Shown: positions 1 through 10,742 of the stretch, one piece after another
Layout of the letters: the number at the start of each line of letters is the position of its first letter
Numbering within the stretch: position 1 is the first letter of the stretch
Notes under the pieces: model-generated
Databases searched by the model: none
What the model was told of the DNA's origin: nothing
Seen by the model: the letters and a program-made list of their open reading frames with translations, nothing else
Made by a program: the position numbers and the translations under genes
Source of the DNA: Cyanophyceae cyanobacterium
Lineage (GTDB): Bacteria > Cyanobacteriota > Cyanobacteriia > Cyanobacteriales > JBHJGN01
NCBI GenBank assembly: GCA_050331735.1
Contig: JBHJGN010000041.1
Coordinates: 1-60,512, forward strand
Length of the DNA: 60,512 nucleotides
Direction of reading: 5' to 3'

Positions 1-140
1 CCGCCGAGGGCCAGGTAGGCGCAGGGGAATAGTAAGATTCCCGACCAGCCGACAAACACGAAGCGATCTCGCTTGAGCCAGTCGTCTAGGGCGTCGAACC
101 ATCCTCTTTCGGCTGGGGCCCTCCCAATTGCTATTGTCAT
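1..140 (-). CDS. psbD: Photosystem II D2 protein, 5' part (runs off the window)
   Basis: Reverse-strand translation from ATG at 140 gives [46 protein letters not shown], the D2 N-terminus. Not in the ORF track. Confidence 0.97.
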   Translation of the reverse strand, partial: MTIAIGRAPAERGWFDALDDWLKRDRFVFVGWSGILLFPCAYLALG

Positions 141-655
141 AGTTGAAAAACCTCTTGCTTAACGATCAAAAAATGGCAAGATTTGTCAAATTGGTAATTA
201 GATTAGGGTTAGCAAGGACAGACGGTCAGAACAGTGCTGTTGCACTCAAAGCGCCGCTAACGGTCGCTACTAGTCTGATTTCGCTCAACCCAAACGCCAC
301 TTTCGAATCAACCGACAGTGGCGCGTCAGAGAAAGACTGCTCGTTATACACGAATGAAGCTAATCAACATTGGTGAGAAATTCTCCAAAGATTAGCCCGA
401 TTGCTTTCCCTAACTTCGTAAACTTTTATTAAAGTAGCACAGACTGAAGCATTGTTCTAGGTCTAAACCCGGTTGGCTAAAGAATCTAAACAACGATCTC
501 AATCCTGAAGTGCTAACCTTTCTACTAACTATAGATAGCAAAAATTTTACAATCTGACACATCTTACTCAGAAAACTTTGAATCTCTTTAGATTTGCAGT
601 CTAAAAACTTTGATGAGACTTGCAGTAGAATAGCAAAGTATCACAAGTAGCAAAT

Positions 656-1225
656 GTGACCAAAGTGCAGTCTACAACTCAAAGCAGTCGCATCCTTCGT
701 CAACAGATTTTAGGAGCGCGCCGATTTAGTAATTACTGGTGGGCAGCGATCACAACGGCGGGAGGCCTCGGTTTCTTGCTAGCAGGACTTTCCAGTTACT
801 TTCGGGTTAATTTGCTGTTCGTTAGCGATCCGACTAGCCTACAGTTCATTCCTCAGGGAGTGGCGCTGTTATTTTATGGAGTTGCTGGCTCTCTGCTCTC
901 GCTCTATCTGTGGTTGTCAATTGTTTGGAACATTGGTGGAGGATTTAACGAATTTAACAAGGAAACTGGCACCGTCACAGTTTTTCGGTGGGGATTCCCC
1001 GGAAAAAACCGCCGTATTGAGTTAAACTTTCCTCTAGACTCTGTTCAGTCGGTACGAGCCGCCATTAAAGAAGGGTTAAATCCGCAAAGAGCACTCTACC
1101 TGCGGGTTAAGAAGCAAAGAGAAATTCCGCTTACTCGCGTTGGAGAACCGATTCCTCTCTCAGAGTTAGAAAACCAAGGAGCAGAACTGGCCCGTTTCTT
1201 GTCCGTCCCTCTAGAAGGGCTATAG
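656..1225 (+). CDS. ycf4: Photosystem I assembly protein Ycf4
   Basis: Motifs GARRFSNYWWA, FIPQG, GGGFNEFNK, FRWGFPGKNRRI, LARFLSVPLEG; divergent from psbD. Confidence 0.96.
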   Translation: MTKVQSTTQSSRILRQQILGARRFSNYWWAAITTAGGLGFLLAGLSSYFRVNLLFVSDPTSLQFIPQGVALLFYGVAGSLLSLYLWLSIVWNIGGGFNEFNKETGTVTVFRWGFPGKNRRIELNFPLDSVQSVRAAIKEGLNPQRALYLRVKKQREIPLTRVGEPIPLSELENQGAELARFLSVPLEGL

Positions 1226-1246
1226 CACAGGGGAAAGACACAGATT

Positions 1247-1957
1247 ATGAAGATCGCACCACATTGGCTAACCTGGCCACTCGTAGCCATACTATTCAGC
1301 AGTTTAATGCTAGGAGCCTGCACTGAGCAAGTGAGTAATTCCAGTGCCCTATCCGACTCGACAACCATAGTAGCAACACCAGATATGTCAGATTTACCGA
1401 AACTCGACGGCAAAGCAAAAGTACAAATGACGGTGAATGGTTCCCCGATTGTGATCGAGGTGGACGGAGAAAATGCTCCGGTAACCGCTGGTAATTTTGT
1501 GGATTTGGTGGAGCAGGGAGTTTACGATGGCTTAACGTTCCACCGAGTCGTCAAGGAACCCCAACCCTTTGTCGTTCAAGGCGGCGATCCGCAGGGGAAC
1601 GGCACCGGAGGCTTTGTTGATCCCCAAACCTCCCAACGGCGCTCGATTCCCTTGGAAATCAAGACGGAAGGAGAAGAGCCAACCTATAGCCAAGCATTAG
1701 GACGGCAGGCTGGTTTATCCTCGCCCTCCGTCGTATTGCCCCATACTCGGGGTGCTGTTGCTATGGCTCGTTCTCAGATGCCAGATTCAGCGTCCTCCCA
1801 GTTCTACTTTGCCCTCTCGGAGCTGCCCTTTTTAGATGGAGACTATGCGGTGTTTGGCTACGTTGTGGAGGGCATGGAGGTTGTTGATACTATCGAGCAG
1901 GGCGATCGCATTGAATCTGCTGAGGTCATTGAAGGATTAGAAAATCTCGAAAATTAG
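1247..1957 (+). CDS. Cyclophilin-type peptidyl-prolyl cis-trans isomerase, probable lipoprotein
   Basis: Motifs [59 protein letters not shown] lipobox. Confidence 0.93.
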   Translation: MKIAPHWLTWPLVAILFSSLMLGACTEQVSNSSALSDSTTIVATPDMSDLPKLDGKAKVQMTVNGSPIVIEVDGENAPVTAGNFVDLVEQGVYDGLTFHRVVKEPQPFVVQGGDPQGNGTGGFVDPQTSQRRSIPLEIKTEGEEPTYSQALGRQAGLSSPSVVLPHTRGAVAMARSQMPDSASSQFYFALSELPFLDGDYAVFGYVVEGMEVVDTIEQGDRIESAEVIEGLENLEN

Positions 1958-1970
1958 GCGTCGGCGTAGG

Positions 1971-3092
1971 GTGGTTGTCGTCGTTACTGGCATAGGTTTG
2001 CGTTCGTGCCTCGGCAATTTAGCGCTAAGCTGGCAGCACCTATTAGCCGGACAGTCAGGGATTAAAGCGCATCACCTTTTCTCTGAGATGCCGCCATTGC
2101 CTCTCGGCTTGATTGGGTCTGCCCCCACTCGGCTTAGCCCTCTGACCCAGGAGCTTGTCTCTGCTGCCTTAGAAGATGCCAATCTTACGCCTCCTTTACG
2201 GGACTGTGGAGTGGTGATCGGCTCTAGTCGTAGCTGTCAAGCAGAATGGGAACAGTTGGCCAGCCAAGCCAGTTCTCCTAGGAAGTTCAATTGGTTAGAC
2301 ACCCTGCCTCACCAAGCAGCAGTAGCGACGGCACGGCAGATTGGAGCAACGGGGACTGTCTTAGCGCCGATGGCGGCTTGCGCTACCGGAATCTGGGCAC
2401 TCGCTCAGGGACGGGAGCTAATTGACCAAAGTCAATATCAGCGGGTGGTTGTTGGAGCTATCGAGGCTCCGACAACTCGCCTTACTCTCACCGGATTTAA
2501 GCAAATGGGGGCTTTAGCCACCACAGGGTGCTATCCATTCGACCGAGAGCGAGAAGGGTTGGTTCTCGGAGAGGGGGGCGCTGTTTTTGTGCTGGAATCT
2601 GCTTCCATAGCTCTCAGTCGCGGAGCCTTTATTTATGGCAAAATTGGCGGCGTTGGTTTGTCCTGCGATGCTTACCACATTAGTGCTCCAGAGCCAAGCA
2701 GCCACAGCGCAGCGAGTGCCATTTATCAGTGTCTAGCCAACAGCCGGTGGTCTGCTAAAGAGGTCGATTACATCCACGCTCACGGCACGGGAACGCAGCT
2801 TAATGATTACCGAGAAGCACAGCTCATTCAAAAGCTTTTTGGGCCAACCGTTCCCACTAGCTCTACTAAAGGAGCGACGGGCCATACTCTAGGAGCCTCA
2901 GGTGCTCTAGGGACGGCATTTAGCTTGATGGCGCTGAAAGAGCAACGCCTGCCGCCCTGCGTCGGCTTACGCCAACCCGAATTTGACCTCAATTTCGTCC
3001 GTCCACTCAGCCAAACACGACTGAGGCGAGTCTTGAGTTTTAATTTTGGGTTCGGCGGGCAGAATGCGGTAATTGCACTAGAAACACTGTAA
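1971..3092 (+). CDS. Beta-ketoacyl-ACP synthase (FabF-like)
   Basis: VVVTGIG, AACATG (catalytic Cys), HAHGTGT, KGATGHTLGASG, NFGFGGQNA. Confidence 0.9.
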   Translation: MVVVVTGIGLRSCLGNLALSWQHLLAGQSGIKAHHLFSEMPPLPLGLIGSAPTRLSPLTQELVSAALEDANLTPPLRDCGVVIGSSRSCQAEWEQLASQASSPRKFNWLDTLPHQAAVATARQIGATGTVLAPMAACATGIWALAQGRELIDQSQYQRVVVGAIEAPTTRLTLTGFKQMGALATTGCYPFDREREGLVLGEGGAVFVLESASIALSRGAFIYGKIGGVGLSCDAYHISAPEPSSHSAASAIYQCLANSRWSAKEVDYIHAHGTGTQLNDYREAQLIQKLFGPTVPTSSTKGATGHTLGASGALGTAFSLMALKEQRLPPCVGLRQPEFDLNFVRPLSQTRLRRVLSFNFGFGGQNAVIALETL

Positions 3093-3358
3093 TTAAATAG
3101 GGTCTAATTCTATTACAACAATAGCTGCAAAAATCAAGTGAGGAATTTTTGGTAAAAGTATTTAGAGCACCTATTTTTTCTGACTGCGGCCTTCTCAGCT
3201 TTGAAAAAAAAGCAGCTCGCAAACCAATCAAACGAGCCGCCATAGTTACACCTAAACCTATCAGTAGATTAAAACACTATTAGTTTTGAAAGTGTGTTCT
3301 GTGTGTCTTTTCTGTGCGTCGTTTTTGCTCACGCTGCTGACCAACGGTCACCGTCGTC

Positions 3359-4459
3359 CTACGGCAGAGTATTCGGTGACGAAACGGCTCCAAGAATAGC
3401 CAGAACAGCGCCAATAAAATAAAAGACTCCAACGACTTGAGTTTCAGACCAGCCACTCAATTCTAGATGATGGTGCAGCGGAGCCATTCTGAATAAGCGT
3501 TTGCCCTTGCCGTCCGGCCCTTTCGTAGCTTTGTAGTAGCCAACCTGCATGATGACTGATAAAGATTCTGCAAAAAAGATGCCGCTAATGATAAACAACC
3601 CCCATAGATTACCAGTGGTGAGGCCAACAGCCGCCAAAGCGCCTCCCAAGGCCAGAGAGCCTGTATCGCCCATAAACACCCGTGCCGGGTTGCGGTTGTG
3701 AAACACAAAGCCTAAACATCCGCCACTTAGACAGGCACACCACAGAGCAAGCTCGGAGGCAGTAGAAGACACCAGAATAGCAAGGGCCAATAGAGCGATC
3801 GCCCCTGTTCCTGCTGCCAGTCCATCTACCCCGTCCGTGAGATTGGTCGCATTACTTTCCGCCACCAGCACAAACCCAGCTAGCAACCAGAAGAATAGCC
3901 CCAGAGAAAGAACAATACCGGGTAGCGCGACACTAGTGAGGTGCGGTTGATGAGCCGCTAGCCACAGGCAGTAGAGCGCTGCTATTGCAATTTGCAGGAG
4001 GAGCTTGGTGCGCGGGGAAATGCCGAGGTTTGACTGACGACGTAGCACTTGCCAGTCGTCGAGCCAGCCTATCAAACCATAGGCTAGCGTGACTAGCGAT
4101 ACCGTCACTGCTTCAGAGGCGAAGTCTGTCCAGACAAGAGCAATAGCGATCGCCACCGGCACAAAGAAAATTCCCCCCATCGTTGGTGTTCCAGCCTTTT
4201 TCAAATGCGTCTGTGGTCCATCTTCCTGTACCACCTGACCCGTTTTGAGCCGCTGTAACACTGGGACTGCCCAGTATCCTAAAGCACCGCTAGCAGCAGC
4301 ACAAAGTCCCAGCGGCAGCAGTAAGGAGGTCGCTTTAATTCCGGGGATGGCAGCCTCGCTCAGCACCACTAACACGACCAAAAGACAGCTCAAGAGAGCC
4401 AGCAACATCTTTCCAGAAGGATTGACGATTGCTGCTGAAAAAAATGTTTTCGCTTCCAC
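3359..4459 (-). CDS. mraY: Phospho-N-acetylmuramoyl-pentapeptide transferase
   Basis: KAGTPTMGG, NATNLTDGVDGL, VFMGDTGSL, FRMAPLHHHLELSGWSE. Confidence 0.96.
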   Translation of the reverse strand: MEAKTFFSAAIVNPSGKMLLALLSCLLVVLVVLSEAAIPGIKATSLLLPLGLCAAASGALGYWAVPVLQRLKTGQVVQEDGPQTHLKKAGTPTMGGIFFVPVAIAIALVWTDFASEAVTVSLVTLAYGLIGWLDDWQVLRRQSNLGISPRTKLLLQIAIAALYCLWLAAHQPHLTSVALPGIVLSLGLFFWLLAGFVLVAESNATNLTDGVDGLAAGTGAIALLALAILVSSTASELALWCACLSGGCLGFVFHNRNPARVFMGDTGSLALGGALAAVGLTTGNLWGLFIISGIFFAESLSVIMQVGYYKATKGPDGKGKRLFRMAPLHHHLELSGWSETQVVGVFYFIGAVLAILGAVSSPNTLP

Positions 4460-4479
4460 AACTCACACCTAACAGAACA

Positions 4480-4704
4480 TCAGTCTTCAAGAGTCTCTCC
4501 AGTATCGTCATCATCTGTATAGCTGTCTTCATCAATCAGCCCCTCGAATTCCTCTTCCTCTTCTAACTTGGGAATTTCCACTTCTTCACGGGGAATTAGA
4601 CGCTTGTTGGCGGATAGCCAGTCCAAAATCGATGTATTCTGCTTGAGAGGAATGACCGCTGCCGGTTCGTAGCGGGGTTCTTGACGTAAAGAAGGATTAT
4701 TCAT
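4480..4704 (-). CDS. Small acidic cyanobacterial protein (DUF3134-like)
   Basis: NPSLRQEPRYEPA..SILDWL..RLIPRE followed by an acidic tail; directly upstream of mraY. Confidence 0.75.
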   Translation of the reverse strand: MNNPSLRQEPRYEPAAVIPLKQNTSILDWLSANKRLIPREEVEIPKLEEEEEFEGLIDEDSYTDDDDTGETLED

Positions 4705-4891
4705 ATCTAGGGAGCTATTTAACGTAGGCCAAACATATTAAAGTGTAGCATTGGAATTTTTTCAGAGACGGTTTACCGAAATTCAGAGCCGTTAAAAAAC
4801 TTAATTTCACAATTGTTCTGGACTAGGGCACAGTAGATGCAGAGCAGATCTAGAAATTAACCCTTCTGCACGGATAGGGATAGAGACAGGT

Positions 4892-5488
4892 TTGAGAGTT
4901 ATGAGCAAAAAAGCGGAATTATTAGAAGCCGTTGCTGGGAAAAATCGCGGCTTGCTAGGAAATGAAATTGATAAAGTTAGAGTGCTCTCAATTGTGGAGC
5001 AGTTAGAAGACGAAAATCCAACCCCAAATCCTCTAGAGGCTAAGGAGTTGCTCGAAGGCGACTGGCGTCTGCTTTACACAACAAGTCGTAGTCTTCTCGG
5101 TTTAGATCGAGTTCCGTTGCTTCAGCTAGGCCAAATTTATCAATGTATCCGCACTGCCAGCACAAAAGTTTATAACGTTGCTGAAATTGTGGGAGTTCCT
5201 CTTTTAGAAGGAATTGTGGGCGTGGCGGCACGCTTTGAACCTGTTTCTGAACGCCGAGTGAACGTCAGATTTGAACGATCGATTATTGGCCTACAGAGTT
5301 TAATTAAGTATCGTTCTCCTGGAGATTTTGTGGGACAGATCGAGGCCGGGAAAAAGTTTGCTGCTTTAGATTTTGGCATTGAAAACCGCGACCAGCAGGG
5401 CTGGTTAGAGGTTACTTATTTAGATGAAGACCTCCGGCTAGGACGGGGAAATGAAGGGAATGTGTTTGTGTTAGCCAAAGAAAGGTAG
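4892..5488 (+). CDS. PAP/fibrillin family protein
   Basis: LEGDWRLLYTTS, GQIYQCI, GWLEVTYLDEDLRLGRGNEGNVFVL; likely start is ATG 4901. Confidence 0.92.
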   Translation: MRVMSKKAELLEAVAGKNRGLLGNEIDKVRVLSIVEQLEDENPTPNPLEAKELLEGDWRLLYTTSRSLLGLDRVPLLQLGQIYQCIRTASTKVYNVAEIVGVPLLEGIVGVAARFEPVSERRVNVRFERSIIGLQSLIKYRSPGDFVGQIEAGKKFAALDFGIENRDQQGWLEVTYLDEDLRLGRGNEGNVFVLAKER

Positions 5489-5598
5489 CACCAATTCTGG
5501 AAAGTAAAGTGATCGGTGCGTAGTTAGGGAAAAGGGTAAGGAGGAGAAGGTTTCAGCTCTCTTTGTTTGTGTAGCAACCCCCTTAAGAAAGGATATGA
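5486..5598. repeat. Short MITE-like repeat, family B, copy 1
   Basis: Starts TAGCACCAATTCTGGAAAGT and has a purine-rich core TAGTTAGGGAAAAGGGTAAGG; similar to 5973-6084 and, inverted, to 20164-20270. Confidence 0.5.
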
Positions 5599-5972
5599 GT
5601 AGGAGGGAATGGAGCTTGCTTAAAGCAGCCGGCGGAAGAAGTTCCGGCGGAACTTTGAGTCGAAAACTGGGGAGTCGTCAGTCGAGAGTCGAAGGTTGGA
5701 GCGTTTTTTCTCCATCTACTTATCTACTGAAGCGTCGCGAGGAAAGGGAAAAGCCGACCGTTAGCTCAAGTCGTGGGTCTTGTGAGCCTCTGGTAATACC
5801 AGCAAAAACGAGCGATCGCTCATGACGGTCTTTATTAACCCTTTTTTTGGGCCGCCCCTGAGCCTTCGTTGTTTTCTGCTGCGCTTTGCGGTTTTGGATA
5901 GCTAATTACAGGCAAATTTTCTATTTAAAAAATAGTCCACAGCCAATCTGAGAATTCGCCACTTTAAGAGGG

Positions 5973-6084
5973 TAATACTAATTCTGAAAAGTGGAACTAC
6001 AAATGCATAGTCGGGAAAAGGGGTAAGGGGTAAAGGAGTCAAAACTTTTTACCCTAGTCGCATCACCATTGAGAAATTGGGTGA
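5973..6084. repeat. Short MITE-like repeat, family B, copy 2
   Basis: TAATACTAATTCTGAAAAGT...TGCATAGTCGGGAAAAGGGG...GAGAAATTGGGTGA, with imperfect terminal inverted ends. Confidence 0.5.
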
Positions 6085-6247
6085 GGTTGAGGCTTTATTA
6101 AAGTTAAGCTGCTTTATTATTGATTTCCTTAACTTTCCTGTATCGACTGATTTACATAGAAAAACTATAAATGAATCACTACCTAAAAAGCCAATAGTTT
6201 TGCAACCTAAAAAACTTGGTTTTTAAAACAATTAGGAGATTCAAGCA

Positions 6248-7456
6248 ATGCTAATTAAGGCCGTAAGATCAACTTACTTAAAGAAAAAATATCTGCAATC
6301 CTCGGAGTTGAAAGAGAAGCAAAAAGTTCGCGTTCCTGTTGGCAAAGAATACAAGGTGCGGACCTTTTCAGAAGCTGAAGATGGTCATTATTTAGTGGAC
6401 TTAGATTACGATGCTGGCACCTGGTATCTTTGGTCAGGACATTGGCAACTTCCTTGGGAAGATAATCAAGAAACCGCAGAAGTATTGACCCAAGAAAGCC
6501 TAAAAGCAATTATGCCCCAGGCTTCTCTCTCTGATATTAAAATCTATTGCGATTCGATCAATCGTGTTCTGTCTGACTTTGACATTGCTACTCCTGTAAG
6601 GGCGGCGGCTTTCATCGCTCAGATTGCTCATGAAAGTGGTTCTTTGCGCTACAAAGAAGAAATTGCAAGCGGCGCTGCCTACGAAGGGCGAAGAGATTTG
6701 GGCAATACCCAGCCCGGAGATGGGAAACGTTTCAAAGGTCGCGGGCTGATTCAACTGACTGGCAGAGCCAACTATCGTACCTGCGGACGCGCTTTGAACT
6801 TGCCTCTCGAAGAAAACCCCGCTCTAGTTGTCCAAAATCCCTACACCAACGCCGCCGTAGCAGGTTGGTACTGGCAAAGCCGGAAAATCAATACAGCAGC
6901 CGATGCCGGAGATTTTCAACGGGTGACTCGCTTGATTAACGGCGGACTAAATGGATACCGCGATCGCGTTCAGTTTTGGGAACGAGCCAAACAAGTTTTA
7001 GGCAACAGTAGGCCCAATGTAGCTGATAGTATCGCGATTCCTCGAACTTGGCAAGAGATCAACTGGCAAGATTTTAATGCTCAGGTTTCAAAATATTTCA
7101 GCGTCCGGGAAGTGACTAACGGAGATGCTCGGCGTTTCCCTCAAGCGGATGTCATTAAGCAGAATGTTGTTACCCTTGCCCAAGAACTCGATCGAGTGCG
7201 TGAAGCGTGGGGCTCGGCAATTATCGTCACCTCTTGGTATCGTCCGCCCGCAATTAATCGCGCCGTTGGCGGGGCTCGCAACTCTCAGCACCTCTATGGC
7301 AAAGCGGTTGACGTACGTCCTGCACAAGGCAACCTCCGTGACTTCCAGCATTGGTTAGATACCGTTGCTTGGACAGATAAAGCGTTAGGCTACGGCGCAC
7401 CTAAAGGATTTGTTCATCTAGATTTACGCCCTGGAAAAATTCGTTGGAATTACTAA
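6248..7456 (+). CDS. Glycoside hydrolase family 19 (endolysin/chitinase-like) fused to a peptidase M15A domain
   Basis: GH19 motifs AAFIAQIAHESG, FKGRGLIQLTGRANY, TRLINGGLNG; M15 motifs TSWYRPPAINRAVGGARNSQHLYGKAVD and GFVHLDLR. Confidence 0.88.
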   Translation: MLIKAVRSTYLKKKYLQSSELKEKQKVRVPVGKEYKVRTFSEAEDGHYLVDLDYDAGTWYLWSGHWQLPWEDNQETAEVLTQESLKAIMPQASLSDIKIYCDSINRVLSDFDIATPVRAAAFIAQIAHESGSLRYKEEIASGAAYEGRRDLGNTQPGDGKRFKGRGLIQLTGRANYRTCGRALNLPLEENPALVVQNPYTNAAVAGWYWQSRKINTAADAGDFQRVTRLINGGLNGYRDRVQFWERAKQVLGNSRPNVADSIAIPRTWQEINWQDFNAQVSKYFSVREVTNGDARRFPQADVIKQNVVTLAQELDRVREAWGSAIIVTSWYRPPAINRAVGGARNSQHLYGKAVDVRPAQGNLRDFQHWLDTVAWTDKALGYGAPKGFVHLDLRPGKIRWNY

Positions 7457-7689
7457 CACTGCTTAAACGAAGGCAGGGGGCAGGAGGACACTGGTTCAAA
7501 CGGGGGCGGTACACTTTCAAAGGAGGTCGCCTCCGAGAAACAGCGACCGCAATTTGACCCCGCAAATTTAGCGCAAGCTCCTCCGCAGGAGACACCAATA
7601 CTGCTTGTAGAAGCAGCCGCCCGTCTATTGTTTCAACACTTTTTCCGGTTTTCATGGGTTCGTTCTTAAATTTACTAAAAGAGGTCAAA

Positions 7690-8493
7690 ATGACAACTAA
7701 TCCCCTATCTCTAGCCAAACAAGTAACAAAGACAACCTCTCCAGCCTTAGAAAAAAAAGAAAATTTTGTTCCTAGATATGTCATCTTACCAGGCGCTTTA
7801 GGCGGTTTGACTAAAATCGTTATGGAGGTAAAAGAAACTACTACAGCTCCCCTCGATCAATCCAGACCTCAAATAAATGTTACATCTCTAAGTTATTTGG
7901 TTCCCTCCAGTATATTTTTAGGAGTAATGAGTAGTCTAATCGGGATGTTTGTTTTATCAGATTTCTTGTATCTTAAGAAGTCAAAGCTTAAAGTATTTGG
8001 GTTGTCTTTACTCTTCGGCTTGTTTTTTCCACTAGTATTTGAGACAGCTTCTAATACTTTACAGCTACAGAATGAGATAGAAGAACTTCAAGAAGAGAAG
8101 GTGCAGGTTGAAGAAATTGCCATTAGTAACGCCATGCTATCTTCCAGCGCTCCTTCCTCTTTAGAAAGCATTGAAAGTATTGAAGAACTGGCAATTGGAA
8201 CAACTAATTTCAGCAACCAAGAAATGGCAATTGAAAATATTGAAGAAATTGCCAAAAATTCTCAAGATACTCTTGTTTCTCAAGAAGCTCTAGCAGCGAT
8301 CGCAAATATTGCGCGGCGATCGCCCCACGAACCAATTTCTCCAGAAGCTATTCAAGCCATTGAAAAAGTCGCTATTCAGTCGAATAGCTCTGAGGTGAGA
8401 GAACTGGCAGTGAGAACTTTAGAAAGCTTAAAAGGACAAATTTCTACCAGCGAAGACGTATTGGATGAGGCGATCGCTCGTATTTTGTCCTAG
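7690..8493 (+). CDS. Hypothetical membrane protein with 2-3 hydrophobic segments, a coiled coil and a HEAT-like helical C-terminus
   Basis: ORF 7654-8493; ATG 7690 follows GAGG; hydrophobic segments, then repeats resembling AIENIEEIA and AIQAIEKVA. Confidence 0.6.
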   Translation: MTTNPLSLAKQVTKTTSPALEKKENFVPRYVILPGALGGLTKIVMEVKETTTAPLDQSRPQINVTSLSYLVPSSIFLGVMSSLIGMFVLSDFLYLKKSKLKVFGLSLLFGLFFPLVFETASNTLQLQNEIEELQEEKVQVEEIAISNAMLSSSAPSSLESIESIEELAIGTTNFSNQEMAIENIEEIAKNSQDTLVSQEALAAIANIARRSPHEPISPEAIQAIEKVAIQSNSSEVRELAVRTLESLKGQISTSEDVLDEAIARILS

Positions 8494-8639
8494 TTTAACC
8501 CAGTTTCTCTTAGCAAAAAATATAGCTAAGCAAACTAGTTTTATCCCTTAGCTACTTTTACAAGATTATAATTGAAGTTTGCAGCAAATCCTCTAGCTAC
8601 TTTCATTCTTTTGAACTAATCTATCTCAAGGAGAAAACC

Positions 8640-9962
8640 ATGAAAGATGTCATTCTTCATGCTTTTAATTGGCAGTATCGAGAAATTATTGAGCAAGTCG
8701 AGGAAATACACAAAGCTGGTTATGGGGCAATTCTTATTCCCCCGCCTCTGTACTCAGATCCTAACGGAGATCAATGGTGGCAACGTTACCAGCCAAAAGA
8801 TTATCGCATTCTTCTCTCTTATTTGGGGGACAAAAAAGACCTTGAAGAATTACTAGAAAAATGCCATCAATTAACGCCTCCACTCCGTGTCTATGCCGAC
8901 ATTGTTATTAATCATATGGCTAACGAAGCTCGGCACGATCGATTGAAATTTCCTGGAGAAGCAGAACTAGCAAACTACAAAAATAACCCCGAACTATTTG
9001 AGCCAAATCGTCTGTATGGCAATCTCAAGGAAGGGCTGTTTTCTCCATTCGATTTCAATCAGGGCGGAAATATCGTTAATTGGTCGAATCGCTCTGAGGT
9101 GCAGTTCCAAGATCTTTCTGGATTGCCAGATCTGCAAGATTCTGATGGGGTTCTGCTCCAGCAGCGACAATTGTTTGCCGCTTTGTCCCAAATGGGGTTT
9201 GACGGTTTCCGCATCGATGCAATTAAGCACATGACCGAACGAATGATCGACAATATTGCGGATAGTGACGTCGTTGCTGGAAAGTATTTGTTTGGCGAGG
9301 TGTTAACGGGTAGTGACCACGATGAAAAAGTTTTTCTAGATCCCTTTCTTCAGGAAACCTGGATCTCTGCCTACGACTTTCCCCTATTTCAGACGATTCG
9401 AGAAGCCTTCAGTTTTGGTGGCTCTTTAAGAAAACTCACTCATCCCCATACGGAGGACAATGCCCTTCCTTGGCATCGGGCAGTCACCTTCACAGTCAAT
9501 CATGACATTCCTTATAATCATGGGTTTCGCAGTTGGTTGCTAGATCGTCAAGATGAGCATTTAGCTTACGCCTATGTTTTAGGAAGAGATGGCGGCGTCC
9601 CGCTCGTATTTGCCGACCACAACGAATCAGCCGCTCAATACCCAGAAGACCGCGATCGCTGGACCAACATTGTGCAACGGGTGGATCTTGGGAACATGAT
9701 TCGATTTCACAACGCTGTTCACGGACAGCCGACGGCAATTTTGTCCGAAAGCGATACGCTGTTAGCCTTTCGTCGAGGTAGTTCAGGAATTGTTGCCATT
9801 AACAAAAGCGATCGGGAGCAATGGTTTGAATTCAACACCTGGGGATTGACTAATCCAGGAACCTACCGCGACCTGATTCACGGATACGAGATGCAGCTAG
9901 GAGGCGATCGCTTTACTCTCTATATTCCGCCGAGAACAGCGCAAATGTGGTTAACAGATTAG
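8640..9962 (+). CDS. Alpha-amylase (GH13)
   Basis: DVILHAFNW, WWQRYQP, DIVINHMAN, GFDGFRIDAIKHM, FGEV, VTFTVNHD. Confidence 0.92.
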   Translation: MKDVILHAFNWQYREIIEQVEEIHKAGYGAILIPPPLYSDPNGDQWWQRYQPKDYRILLSYLGDKKDLEELLEKCHQLTPPLRVYADIVINHMANEARHDRLKFPGEAELANYKNNPELFEPNRLYGNLKEGLFSPFDFNQGGNIVNWSNRSEVQFQDLSGLPDLQDSDGVLLQQRQLFAALSQMGFDGFRIDAIKHMTERMIDNIADSDVVAGKYLFGEVLTGSDHDEKVFLDPFLQETWISAYDFPLFQTIREAFSFGGSLRKLTHPHTEDNALPWHRAVTFTVNHDIPYNHGFRSWLLDRQDEHLAYAYVLGRDGGVPLVFADHNESAAQYPEDRDRWTNIVQRVDLGNMIRFHNAVHGQPTAILSESDTLLAFRRGSSGIVAINKSDREQWFEFNTWGLTNPGTYRDLIHGYEMQLGGDRFTLYIPPRTAQMWLTD

Positions 9963-10004
9963 CACAGAGGATCAATCAATTTCAGCGATACCAACTCGCT
10001 TGTT

Positions 10005-10352
10005 TTAAGAAGTCACCGTCGGGGATTTTGATAGCGATGGCGTTGCTAACCTCACCTCGCTTTTGACACCGGGATATAGCCGCACCAATTCTTGTTGCCA
10101 TAAGGGTTCATCGAGCGAATTCGTCTCATCTAAAACCATAAGATCAGGACGACGAGCCGTAACCACTTTAGCAAAGGGACGAACGAGACAAGTACGAGGA
10201 ATAAACCAGGGGAGTTGGTTAGCGGCAGTGGCAGTGCTAATTTGCCTCGTCTTTTTTTCAGCAACCGTTTCGTGAGAACCCTTTGGTTCCATCTCAATTA
10301 GTTCTCCGTCAGCTATCGCATCCCTACGGACTGTTGGCTTGTAAAATACCAC
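10005..10352 (-). pseudogene. Degenerate Uma2-family endonuclease fragment
   Basis: DGELIEMEPKGSHETVA and TARRPDLMVLD match the N-terminal half of Uma2 proteins; the EVVS catalytic half is missing. Confidence 0.7.
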
Positions 10353-10742
10353 GCAGAATCGGTATTAGTCTGCGTCTTTAGCTCAACACCTACTCCGCCG
10401 ATAATCAAGAATCTTGACTTGATGAGGCGATCGCCCACTCGCAGCAAGATCCTGCAAAAGTTAAGTGCTCCTCTATAGCCAACTCCTTAACTTTTCTGTA
10501 TTTTCCGCTACCGTAAATTGCTCTATAAGTTTAAGAGCGTCAACGTTCATCCAAAAGAGATTCGTTAGCAAGCCGTTTTGCGCGAAGCAATCATTTCTCT
10601 AGATGCCTTGAGTACTCGCCTCGATTATTCAAGCCGCGTTGACCAAATCTTTGACCTTGACAGCATCATTCATTTCACTAGCAGAACGCTAGTAAAGCTG
10701 TACTTCTGATTCAACTCACTATACTCATTAGAGGATATTCTC

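Noticed and set aside
143..376. 77-aa ORF between psbD and ycf4
   Set aside because: It lies on the psbD promoter/leader, starts with TTG and has no recognisable motif.
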